From Geotalea daltonii FRC-32 (lineage in GTDB: Bacteria; Desulfobacterota; Desulfuromonadia; Geobacterales; Geobacteraceae), in assembly GCF_000022265.1 (NCBI RefSeq), contig NC_011979.1:3330001-3362000 (forward strand): 32,000 bases of DNA, written 5' to 3'. Positions 16,906 through 25,171 of the stretch are shown piece after piece (the stretch's first letter is position 1; each line of letters begins with the position of its first letter). Made by a program: the position numbers and the translations under genes. The notes under the pieces were generated by a model that saw only the letters and a program-made list of their open reading frames with translations, was not told the origin of the DNA and did not search any database.

Positions 16906-19900
16906 TTAAATCAAATCGGTACTTTTTCTTTTATATAATATAGTGCCAGCAAACATAGCAGCTAAACTAAGTAAAAGTGCATAGTACTTAACAGCAAAAA
17001 TAAGGGGCGTAAGAGCCAAACGGGTTATGACTCTTAACATTTCATGCTCAGCAATAAAATCAGCAATCGGCGGACTTGTAGCATAATAGAACTTTACGAA
17101 GGCTTTACCAAGAGCATTTTTAAGAAGGATGTTATCCCGGAAATTTCTCAGCACTACAACGTGAGGGTCAAGATAGCTGCCATAGGCTGCCGTTGCGATA
17201 AAGCACCCGCTTTTGCCACCTGAAGGCGGTGGATTGCTGTCTAATGAACCAGTCCCTGTTCCGGTACCTGTTCCGGTACCTGTTCCTGGATCTGTTCCAG
17301 CTCCAGGTTGTGTAGAACCAGTCCCCGCAACATTAATCGAGGTTGAAAGAGACTTGTCTGTACTTATAGTGAGAGTTTGACCGGGATCTGGACCCGATGC
17401 AGAGGGTGAATATTTGATAGTTATGATCTGTTGACTGCCTGGCGCCATCGCAATGGGAAATGTGAGATTTTCGACTATCGAGAATGGTGCAGTTAAACCC
17501 GTAATAGAGGTGATATTGTAAGAGACTGAGCTGTTGTTGCCAAGGGTCAAGGTCAAGTCCTTCGTTTTGCCGACTTCAAGTATCTGAAAATCGAGGGTGC
17601 CGTTATTCGTACCATCATTTTCCTGCACTGTCATTGTGGGTGGAATGCCAATTCCGGAAAGATTGACGGTTCTGTCGCCTGCATCACTTCTGATAACGAA
17701 GTTACCGGTGAAGGTGCCGCCCGCAGTTGGGGCAAACTTGACAGTAAGTGTAGTTTCAACTGATGAGGCAAGGGTCAACACACTTGCATCAGTACAACTG
17801 CTTAATTCAGCAGGGATATTTTCAATACTGAACGGCGAACCGGGTAACGGCTCAATACAGTTGATGGTAAGAGGAATATCTCCAGTATTTTTTATTTTGA
17901 ATGTTTGTCTGCCTGTCTGGTTGGCGGTGACTTGGTTAAAATCAATTAGAGCAGGAGCCAGTGAGACATTAGTTTCGCTGAGGAGAGTCAGCTGGGGCTG
18001 GCCCAAAGAGAACCTTTGTGCATGGATATCTGCAGCATTAGTGTTAACTGCTGGCAAGGTCTGTTGTGTGCGCGCATCCTTCCACATGGCAAGGAATTGC
18101 CTGCCACTTGCGTCATTGGCGGAATTGTAAGCGATTACTGGCGAAAGCTGACTGCCGGGCGCAGTAGAGATGGAATAATTAGTTCCGCGTAAAGTTCCTT
18201 CCGTGTCAATATATTGACCGAAAATATCGAGATTCTCTGAAGACTGGGAACCATTACGGCCATCCTGCCATATCACAAAATACCTTTGCAGTACAGAATC
18301 ATAGGTAATATAAGGACGAGTCTGCCTTGTAGCGGCAACATTCGTATCTTGTGAACCATTTGCATCTGTGTCCTGGTAACTGATTATTGAGTTGATGTTA
18401 TAGAGGCCACCGCCTGATGATACGAGCTGTCCATAAATTTTGGTATTGGAACCGTCCCTTAAATCCTCCCAAACAACTAAAAATCTTTTGTTTGGTTGAT
18501 CAAAACCGATAGCTGGGTAGTTGGCATTCGAGGTGTTTGAGCCGTCAAATCGCATAGATTGGATGTTGGTTTGTTTGACGTTTTTGTCAAAAATTCCGTA
18601 GATGTGCTGCAATCCATCATCATAGGCAGACACCGTGGCTTTGGCAGTCACCGGCTCTCCTACGTCACAGCCTTTACTGTTGTTGAGGTCATCGCAGCTG
18701 CATACAACTTCAAGCTTTTGCCTGTTCCCTTCCCAAGCCAGCAACGTTTCTGAGGAAGTTGTGTCCGATGCGGCCACCACATTGTTAATATTAGTGAAAA
18801 ACTCGTAGGTATAACTGTCCGTCAGGGCAGCGGGAGCGTGAGCAATAAGCCTGTTGGAACGGGTAGCCTTATCCCTAACAATGTCGGCGCCTACCGGATT
18901 TCCAGAGCCATTCGAGAGACCGGTTGGCATTTCAGCAAGAGTGGCCTCATTCAGCATCACATAACCGGTAAAATTCGTGTCGCCAGTTGTATAATCGGTC
19001 TTGGCAAAACCGAAACAGGACTCTGAGATAAGGCTTTTTACATCCCTCGACTCAGTCCAGACGATCCAGAACCTTTGCCGGGTGCCGTCGTAGGTAATTT
19101 TTGGCGACTTCCGCGACAATAGCCGGTCACCCACGGTTGCGGTACTGGGAGTAACAGAGAACGTTTTATATATGTAGGATACCGTGACCTGCTGATTCAA
19201 TGCGGGAGGCACATCAAAAAGAATGGATAAGCTGCCAATATTGTAATTTATTGTGCCAGATCCCCCCGTGCCTGATATGCCACCGTTTCCGATGGTGTCA
19301 TTCAAGATAATACCGCCAGCTTTAACAATAACAGTTGTCGGTTTGACAGGTCTGTTCAAGCTTCCGGTAAAAGATTGTGATGTACCGTTACCAATGGCAA
19401 CAAGTGAGTCAGTGACAGCAAGTTCAGTAGTCACAATTGTAGGACTTTCCTCTAGTAAGCTGCTGTATCCAATTGCAGTACCCAAACTCGGCGCAGGGGG
19501 GGTATAGCCGCAGGTACCAGCCGTCGGGAATGATGTGATGGGGGCAACATAGACATATCCCCCTTCACCCTCATCGACAAAACCATTGCCGTTAAGGTCG
19601 CTAACCCTGGTATCCTGCCATGTGATAACAATCTTATCTTGAGTCAGTGAATAGGCGGCGGTTGGAACCGTCTGATTGCCTGGGGCATTGATCACAGGAA
19701 AAACAGGGCCGCACAGCGTGCCATCGGGGTTAATAAACTGTGCATATATATCCGTGCCGGTAGTATTCCTGTTACGCCAGTCCTCCCATACGGAGAAGTA
19801 GATATTCTTTCCTTCAAGGTAGATTACCTGAGGGTTCTGCTGATCGTCTGCAGCGTTGGAGACAATAATTTCACTCCCCTCAAGTTTCGCCAGCTTTTTC

Positions 19901-20040
19901 CCGGTAGCAGATATCTTTTCTGAGCCGATGACACCCTGTGCATTTTTTCCATTGTCGGCACCACAGCCGAAGATCAAACTAAAGCTGGTTAATATCAACA
20001 ATTTCACTAACAATCTATGCAAAGACATTCTCTCCTCCAT
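16906..20040 (-). CDS. Giant predicted surface lipoprotein: lipobox, ~7 W-x-[DE]-x-R repeats (propeller-like), two Ig-like domains, (GT)n linker, [11 protein letters not shown]-terminal domain with TM helix
   Basis: 1044-aa ORF. The signal peptide ends in the lipobox LIFG-C (Cys26). An alternative start is ATG 20028 with GGAGG 5 nt upstream. The repeat core is [FL]-[VI]-[VI]-W-x-D-x-R...DI[YF][GA]Q. Residues about 695-905 resemble ASH / choice-of-anchor-D type beta-sandwiches ([23 protein letters not shown]; [20 protein letters not shown]). The tail runs from Cys946: [28 protein letters not shown]...[12 protein letters not shown]..., then a hydrophobic helix and KRKSTDLI. Confidence 0.85.
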   Translation of the reverse strand: MEERMSLHRLLVKLLILTSFSLIFGCGADNGKNAQGVIGSEKISATGKKLAKLEGSEIIVSNAADDQQNPQVIYLEGKNIYFSVWEDWRNRNTTGTDIYAQFINPDGTLCGPVFPVINAPGNQTVPTAAYSLTQDKIVITWQDTRVSDLNGNGFVDEGEGGYVYVAPITSFPTAGTCGYTPPAPSLGTAIGYSSLLEESPTIVTTELAVTDSLVAIGNGTSQSFTGSLNRPVKPTTVIVKAGGIILNDTIGNGGISGTGGSGTINYNIGSLSILFDVPPALNQQVTVSYIYKTFSVTPSTATVGDRLLSRKSPKITYDGTRQRFWIVWTESRDVKSLISESCFGFAKTDYTTGDTNFTGYVMLNEATLAEMPTGLSNGSGNPVGADIVRDKATRSNRLIAHAPAALTDSYTYEFFTNINNVVAASDTTSSETLLAWEGNRQKLEVVCSCDDLNNSKGCDVGEPVTAKATVSAYDDGLQHIYGIFDKNVKQTNIQSMRFDGSNTSNANYPAIGFDQPNKRFLVVWEDLRDGSNTKIYGQLVSSGGGLYNINSIISYQDTDANGSQDTNVAATRQTRPYITYDSVLQRYFVIWQDGRNGSQSSENLDIFGQYIDTEGTLRGTNYSISTAPGSQLSPVIAYNSANDASGRQFLAMWKDARTQQTLPAVNTNAADIHAQRFSLGQPQLTLLSETNVSLAPALIDFNQVTANQTGRQTFKIKNTGDIPLTINCIEPLPGSPFSIENIPAELSSCTDASVLTLASSVETTLTVKFAPTAGGTFTGNFVIRSDAGDRTVNLSGIGIPPTMTVQENDGTNNGTLDFQILEVGKTKDLTLTLGNNSSVSYNITSITGLTAPFSIVENLTFPIAMAPGSQQIITIKYSPSASGPDPGQTLTISTDKSLSTSINVAGTGSTQPGAGTDPGTGTGTGTGTGTGSLDSNPPPSGGKSGCFIATAAYGSYLDPHVVVLRNFRDNILLKNALGKAFVKFYYATSPPIADFIAEHEMLRVITRLALTPLIFAVKYYALLLSLAAMFAGTILYKRKSTDLI
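17251..17305 (-). repeat. Short tandem repeat (about 12-nt unit GGTACCTGTTCC and variants) encoding the (Gly-Thr)n linker
   Basis: The plus strand reads agtccctgttccggtacctgttccggtacctgttcctggatctgttccagctcc. This translates on the minus strand to [20 protein letters not shown]. Confidence 0.7.
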
Positions 20041-20067
20041 AATTAGCTCACCAGACCTGATCCTATG

Positions 20068-20655
20068 TTATTGTGCTGACGTTTCGGCCCTGTCAGCAAA
20101 GGCTACGCTCATATTGGTAGAGAATTCCTGACGTGTACCAGTGCCACCGATTTCGACACCACTGAAAGTAATAGTCACATAATACTCATAAAGTGTACCG
20201 GAACAAGGCTGCAAATTATAGTCGGAAACGAGCTTGGACTTCAGAATTTCCGGGGCCACCGGCACAGGTATTAATGCAGTACCAGAGGTTATAACGATAC
20301 CGACTGGATAAGGTTGGGCGAGGATGGCAGGAGACACTGCATTCTTAGGCGTATAACTTACAGTAACAGTATCTATTCGGACAGGTAAAGGCGACATTGT
20401 CAGATTACGGTACGGGGTTGCAGCCACGTCAACATCTACGGAGTCGGTTTCGTATGCTCCGCCGGAGGTGGCACTGGTGGGACAGGTATTTCCTGTAATC
20501 ACATCGGATTCGAGCCTGACCGTTTGTGGTTGGGCTGTCATGGTAACGGTAGTAAATTCACCAGCCCCTCCGCCGGCATTCTGACTGCCGCATGACGACA
20601 GAAGAAAAAGAAAGCTTAAAAATACAACAGACTGAATACCCATACATCTAAACAT
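20068..20655 (-). CDS. Uncharacterised small lipoprotein (195 aa) directly downstream of pilQ
   Basis: The signal peptide ends in the lipobox LLSS-C (MFRCMGIQSVVFLSFLFLLSSCGSQ). GGGGGAG lies just upstream of ATG 20655, which is 10 nt after the pilQ stop. The mature part is Thr/Val/Pro-rich and looks beta-rich, with two further Cys. I recognise no family. Confidence 0.75.
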   Translation of the reverse strand: MFRCMGIQSVVFLSFLFLLSSCGSQNAGGGAGEFTTVTMTAQPQTVRLESDVITGNTCPTSATSGGAYETDSVDVDVAATPYRNLTMSPLPVRIDTVTVSYTPKNAVSPAILAQPYPVGIVITSGTALIPVPVAPEILKSKLVSDYNLQPCSGTLYEYYVTITFSGVEIGGTGTRQEFSTNMSVAFADRAETSAQ

Positions 20656-20665
20656 GCACTCCCCC

Positions 20666-23401
20666 TTAACTCACAATTTTAGGTGTTATGAAAATCAACA
20701 GCTCATTCTTTGATTTGTTTTTGGTGTTAGACTTGAAAAGCCACCCAAGCAATGGGATGTCCTGCAAGAAAGGAACTCCTTTGTCGCTTTCGGTGTCGCT
20801 GTCTACGTAAATGCCACCGATTACAGTCGTCTCACCATTTTTAATAAGAAGTTCTGTGGTTGCCTCTTTTTTGTTGATAGGAGGAGGAGAACCGGTGCCG
20901 GCAGAGTTATTGGATGCCTTGATCTTCATACCGATACTTCCATCAGAGGTGATATGGGGCGTGACCTCCAAAGTCAAAGCCGCTTCAACAAACTCAGTCT
21001 TAGTCCCTTCAGCAGAGGTTGTCTGATATGGAATAGATGCACCCTGCGAGATCTTTGCCGGTTTGTTGTTGAGCGTCACCACCCGCGGTGTGGACATTAT
21101 CTTGATCTGATCGGCAGTAACAGCGGCAGAAAGACGCATGTCAAGCTGAATATTGCTGGCAAGCTTACCGAATGACATGCCAACGGCAGCTCCTGGCCCA
21201 GAGGTACCTGAAGTGGGGGCTATTGCAACCTGTCCGCCAAAACCTGTATCAAGCCGGCTGATACCGGCAACAGATGCAGACCCGTCTATGTAATGAATTC
21301 CCCATTGCACCCCCAGATCTCGGACAAACGAAGTGCTTGCCTCGACAATCCGGGCCTCGATCATGACTTGCTTTTCCGGCGTATCAAGGCTTTTTAGAAG
21401 CATTCTCATGTCTTCAATTGCAGTTGTGATGTCCTTGACGATTACACGGTTGGTGCGTGCATCGGTACTTATGATACCACGATCACTTTTAAGAGTTCCG
21501 AACTGTGTTGCGATATCGGTGACAGCTGCGTAATTGACATCAAAAATCTCCGTACGCAACTCCATCCCTCTTTCACGGGCTTTCTTGGTAGCCATTTCCT
21601 CGTCAGCCTGGGATTGCATTTTTGCCTTTGGCTTGATTTGGACGATATTCCCTTCTTTCAACATACCCAAACCCTTAGTATCAAGAATTACGTCCAGAGC
21701 CTGATCCCATGGCACGTTAACAAGCTTGATACTGATGGTCCCTGTAACATCGTCAGCTATAAGGAAATTAAGGTTACTTACTTCTGCAATAAGCTGGAAG
21801 ATTTTACGTATATCAGCATCGGAAAACTCAAGGGTAACTTTTCTGCCTGAATATACCTTTTTCGGTTGTTGTTTTGAAACGACAGATTTTGGAAGTTCAC
21901 TAGTATCTGACTCTTTTGATGGTGATGCCAGCAATTCATCCTCTATTTTGGAAGAGATAGGAGCTGCCTTTTCCTTAACTTGACCGGATACCACTGCAGG
22001 AATAACTGGATTCTTCACTTCAAAGAGGTATAAATTCCCTTCTTTTCGATCAGAAAACGGGCTCTTGTTCCGGAGTTTTACCAGAATTCTGGCACTGGTA
22101 CCGCCTGCTACCTTTACCTGATAAGGTGTTACATTAAGAACCGAGCTGGCAAAGGCCTTGGTATCAAGAGTCCTTTGAAGTTTCTTGGGTAGTTCACAAT
22201 TTTTTAAGCTGAGGAGTATTCCTTTCGATGTTTCAGCCGGTTTGTCAATACTGCACACGCCAGCGGTCTTGATCTCTATTCTGGAAAATCCATCAACAAG
22301 TTTAAAATCAATGGATTCAATCGAACCTTTTTCAACATTGCCTGCTTTCTTGTTTCCAGAGCTTGATTTTAAAGTATCCGGTTCGACCGCTTGTGGCTTG
22401 GCTACAGTTTCTGCCCCTGATTGGGAAAACGATATGCTCAGCCCGGCAGCGGACTTTTCGATCCGGTAAGGCTCAATTTTTTCTTTCACTGAGTCAAAGA
22501 CAATCCGTACTTTTCCAGGAGAGATACCAATCCGGGCCTTTGCAATACCGAAGCGGTCTACGGGAATGGAGTTAGATTTTATAGAATTATTGATCTCGAA
22601 GAGGTCGACCACCAAGCGTCCAGGCTTATCCAGCTTAAAGGAAGTAAAAGTAGCCGGACCACCGGCAATTGACAATTCGATTTTATCATTCAGTACCTTA
22701 ATATCGCCAAGTGTCTTTGGTGCTCCTGATTCATTTTTATCATCGGCTGTAGCAGTGAATGAACTCTCTTTAGCCATCTTGTTATTTTCTGTGTCTGAAA
22801 CCCTGGGAGCAGTAGAGCCATTAACAATATCGTCCGGAGCAGCACCTGGTTCAGATTTTACGCCAACTTTTGCATTAGCATAATCATCGGCCGTTGTGTT
22901 TTTGGGCTCAGTCTTAGCTGACTGATCTTCTACCATTCTAGCTGTTTGTTCTTGAAGCTGCTTTGGTGTTAGGACAACATTAAGCTTTCCTTTGTCATTT
23001 GTATCTGTTTTGACAGAAAAATCGGTATCGGCTTTCAGATCTATTTCAACTCTGCTGAGGAAACCGCTGCCGAAATCCTGTCGCGTTACATTTATCCCTT
23101 TAATGTTTCCATTATCCGATACCAGTGGTTTTGTCTGCCCTGGTTCCGTTTGAGCTAGATCAATAAAAATCTTTGGGGGTTCACTTGTCTTGTAAGAGGT
23201 ATAGGTTAATGGTTTATTAGTTCGGATCTCGGCCATTGTGCCATTGTTTTTAATCTTTATTTCTTGAATCACAGCAAAAGAGTTTGTTTCAAGTAAGTCA
23301 GCATCTTGTGCTGCAACCATCTTCTTAGCACAGCCGGATACAGCCATTAAAAAAATAAGTATCAGGGTATGGCAAATGATTCTGAGTGAATTCATTTTCA
23401 T
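20666..23401 (-). CDS. pilQ: Type IV pilus secretin PilQ (three AMIN-like modules + N0/N1 + secretin core)
   Basis: 911 aa. The N0 region is KVTLEFSDADIRKIFQLIAEVSNLNFLIADDV. The C-terminal secretin block is GETTVIGGIY...KGVPFLQDIPLLGWLFK...ELLIFITPKIV. The start overlaps the pilP stop (ATGA). Confidence 0.95.
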   Translation of the reverse strand: MKMNSLRIICHTLILIFLMAVSGCAKKMVAAQDADLLETNSFAVIQEIKIKNNGTMAEIRTNKPLTYTSYKTSEPPKIFIDLAQTEPGQTKPLVSDNGNIKGINVTRQDFGSGFLSRVEIDLKADTDFSVKTDTNDKGKLNVVLTPKQLQEQTARMVEDQSAKTEPKNTTADDYANAKVGVKSEPGAAPDDIVNGSTAPRVSDTENNKMAKESSFTATADDKNESGAPKTLGDIKVLNDKIELSIAGGPATFTSFKLDKPGRLVVDLFEINNSIKSNSIPVDRFGIAKARIGISPGKVRIVFDSVKEKIEPYRIEKSAAGLSISFSQSGAETVAKPQAVEPDTLKSSSGNKKAGNVEKGSIESIDFKLVDGFSRIEIKTAGVCSIDKPAETSKGILLSLKNCELPKKLQRTLDTKAFASSVLNVTPYQVKVAGGTSARILVKLRNKSPFSDRKEGNLYLFEVKNPVIPAVVSGQVKEKAAPISSKIEDELLASPSKESDTSELPKSVVSKQQPKKVYSGRKVTLEFSDADIRKIFQLIAEVSNLNFLIADDVTGTISIKLVNVPWDQALDVILDTKGLGMLKEGNIVQIKPKAKMQSQADEEMATKKARERGMELRTEIFDVNYAAVTDIATQFGTLKSDRGIISTDARTNRVIVKDITTAIEDMRMLLKSLDTPEKQVMIEARIVEASTSFVRDLGVQWGIHYIDGSASVAGISRLDTGFGGQVAIAPTSGTSGPGAAVGMSFGKLASNIQLDMRLSAAVTADQIKIMSTPRVVTLNNKPAKISQGASIPYQTTSAEGTKTEFVEAALTLEVTPHITSDGSIGMKIKASNNSAGTGSPPPINKKEATTELLIKNGETTVIGGIYVDSDTESDKGVPFLQDIPLLGWLFKSNTKNKSKNELLIFITPKIVS

Positions 23402-23982
23402 CTGGAAATCTCCTTACTCTTCTTGGCCAATGGCAGAACTATTTTTCTGTTCTTTATACGTTTTTTCCCATCTAGATATTGTTCAGTCACTTCCAGGGAG
23501 GAGGCGGTTATTCTGGTGATGCGACCACCATTATCTCCGATCAACATACCGGTTTTAACAACATACCCCTTGCCTGTCGGGTCAATCAATAGGGCTTTAT
23601 TTTCTTTAAGCCCGGTAATGATGCCTGTAACGATAAACTTGCTGACCTCGTGGCTCTGTATGGGGAGGGCATCAACAATCCTGGTCCTGGTAGGCACAGG
23701 TGCTTTCACCGCAGCAGCCTCAGGAGCAGTAATCAAGGGTTTGAAGGGGTCTTTTTTGCTTTTGAAGACAAAGGCGCCTGTTGCTTGCCCCCCCACTTGT
23801 GATGTAGAAACGGATTTCTGCACAGCAGCACTTGGTTTCACCTGTGCTGTGGGCTGGGGCAGAGCCGGAGCCTGAGGATTAGGCTTTGGTGCCTCATCAT
23901 TCTTTTTGCATCCGCAGACAAGACAGGCGGTCATAAGACAAAAAGCCAAAACTAGAGACTGTTTATTTAGCCTTTTTTTCAT
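23398..23982 (-). CDS. pilP: Pilus assembly protein PilP
   Basis: 194 aa with a signal/lipoprotein-like N-terminus and a Pro/Ala-rich linker. The C-terminal beta-domain is FIVTGIITGLKENKALLIDPTGKGYVVKTGMLIGDNGGRITRITASSLEV. It sits between pilO and pilQ. Confidence 0.82.
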   Translation of the reverse strand: MKKRLNKQSLVLAFCLMTACLVCGCKKNDEAPKPNPQAPALPQPTAQVKPSAAVQKSVSTSQVGGQATGAFVFKSKKDPFKPLITAPEAAAVKAPVPTRTRIVDALPIQSHEVSKFIVTGIITGLKENKALLIDPTGKGYVVKTGMLIGDNGGRITRITASSLEVTEQYLDGKKRIKNRKIVLPLAKKSKEISR

Positions 23983-24562
23983 CCTTTATCTCTTTCTTGT
24001 CAAGGAAACGGAATGTTGTCGCCAGACAATTTACTTTGATAGTGGTCAAACCTTTACCTGTTTTAATTTCTGTAAAATTAACATTGGAGATATTTACAAT
24101 GCGAGGAAGCGCAGATACTGCCTGGAAGAAACTACCGATCTGATAAAAAGTTCCTGACACTGATATATCTACAGGAACCGCAGCATAGAAATCTTTGGGC
24201 TCCTCAGGTTTGGGTTTGAAAAGAAGGAACTCCAGTCCAGCACTTTTACCAGCATTTGCAATGCTTGTCAGAAGAGAGGGAATTTCCTTCTGATTAGGTA
24301 ACTCTGTCAACGCCAGTTTCAATTCGTTCTGTAATTGCTCATATTCCTGCTTGTATTTGGGAAGATTATTGGCTAGTTTCTGTGCCTCGGAAGCCTGTCT
24401 GCTTAAATCCTCAAGTTGAGTCTGCAGAGTCTTAAATTCTTTAAGCTTTGGTTGATAAAGGCCGAAAAAGAACCCGGCACCAAGTAAGCCTATAATGAGG
24501 AATAGCAGCCCAAGCTTTTGTTTGGCAGGAAGCTTTAATATCTTTTCAAACTGTGGGTTCAT
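23963..24562 (-). CDS. pilO: Pilus assembly protein PilO
   Basis: 199 aa with a single TM segment (KLGLLFLIIGLLGAGFFFGLY), a coiled coil, then a ferredoxin-like domain. It sits in the canonical operon position. Confidence 0.85.
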   Translation of the reverse strand: MNPQFEKILKLPAKQKLGLLFLIIGLLGAGFFFGLYQPKLKEFKTLQTQLEDLSRQASEAQKLANNLPKYKQEYEQLQNELKLALTELPNQKEIPSLLTSIANAGKSAGLEFLLFKPKPEEPKDFYAAVPVDISVSGTFYQIGSFFQAVSALPRIVNISNVNFTEIKTGKGLTTIKVNCLATTFRFLDKKEIKDEKKAK

Positions 24563-24598
24563 GAAAGCCCTCGGAAAGGACGCGAGCCGGCCCTTTAT

Positions 24599-25171
24599 TT
24601 ATTTTATCTTTTTATCTGGTTCGGGAGGGGCAAAGGCTGCAAGCTTTAATGTTATATCAAATCTCTTAGCTTTGGTTTTGGCTATTTCCGTTTGTTCCGA
24701 AACCTGGAGCTCCACATTGGTAAAATCAGGTATTGCCTGCAGGTTTTTCATAAGAGCTGCGATATCATCTTCACTGAAAGCAGCCCCAGAAAGTGATATT
24801 GTACCTGCAGATTCACTGTACTTGGTAAGCCATAGCTTATCAGGCACAGCATCACTAAGCATGGCAAGCCTGCTCACAGGACCTGTTTTTTCCTTTCGCA
24901 AACGGTTCAGAATGTCCAACTTCTTCTTTACTTCAGCTTGAAGCTTTTTGATATTGTCTATTTCACCAATCTTAGTCTTCAGCTGCTGGATTTCCTGTTC
25001 GGTTCTAGAGATTTCATCCTTTGCATGCGAAATCTTGGAAATAACCAGCGAGTACAGAACTGCACATACAGCCAGAGTACCTACTACAGTAATTACCAGT
25101 ATGGAAATCTGCTGTCTGGTCGTTTCCTTCTTCTTGGCTGCTCTAACCGGTAATAAATTAATTTTTATCAT
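24599..25171 (-). CDS. pilN: Pilus assembly protein PilN
   Basis: 190 aa with the conserved N-terminus MIKINLLPVR, which binds PilM, followed by a TM segment and a coiled coil. It overlaps pilM by 4 nt. Confidence 0.87.
   Translation of the reverse strand: MIKINLLPVRAAKKKETTRQQISILVITVVGTLAVCAVLYSLVISKISHAKDEISRTEQEIQQLKTKIGEIDNIKKLQAEVKKKLDILNRLRKEKTGPVSRLAMLSDAVPDKLWLTKYSESAGTISLSGAAFSEDDIAALMKNLQAIPDFTNVELQVSEQTEIAKTKAKRFDITLKLAAFAPPEPDKKIK

Noticed and set aside
17251-17305. Tandem repeat considered as a CRISPR-like or mobile-element repeat
   Set aside because: The units are only about 12 nt, contiguous with no spacers, in frame, and inside a CDS encoding a (GT)n linker. This is not a CRISPR array or an IS end.
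17597-18130. 177-aa plus-strand ORF antisense to the 1044-aa lipoprotein gene. Similar cases are 23423..23875 (antisense to pilP) and 24495..24941 (spanning the pilO 5' end, the pilO-pilN spacer and the pilN 3' part).
   Set aside because: These are shadow ORFs of long, well-supported minus-strand genes. None has an SD or a recognisable domain.
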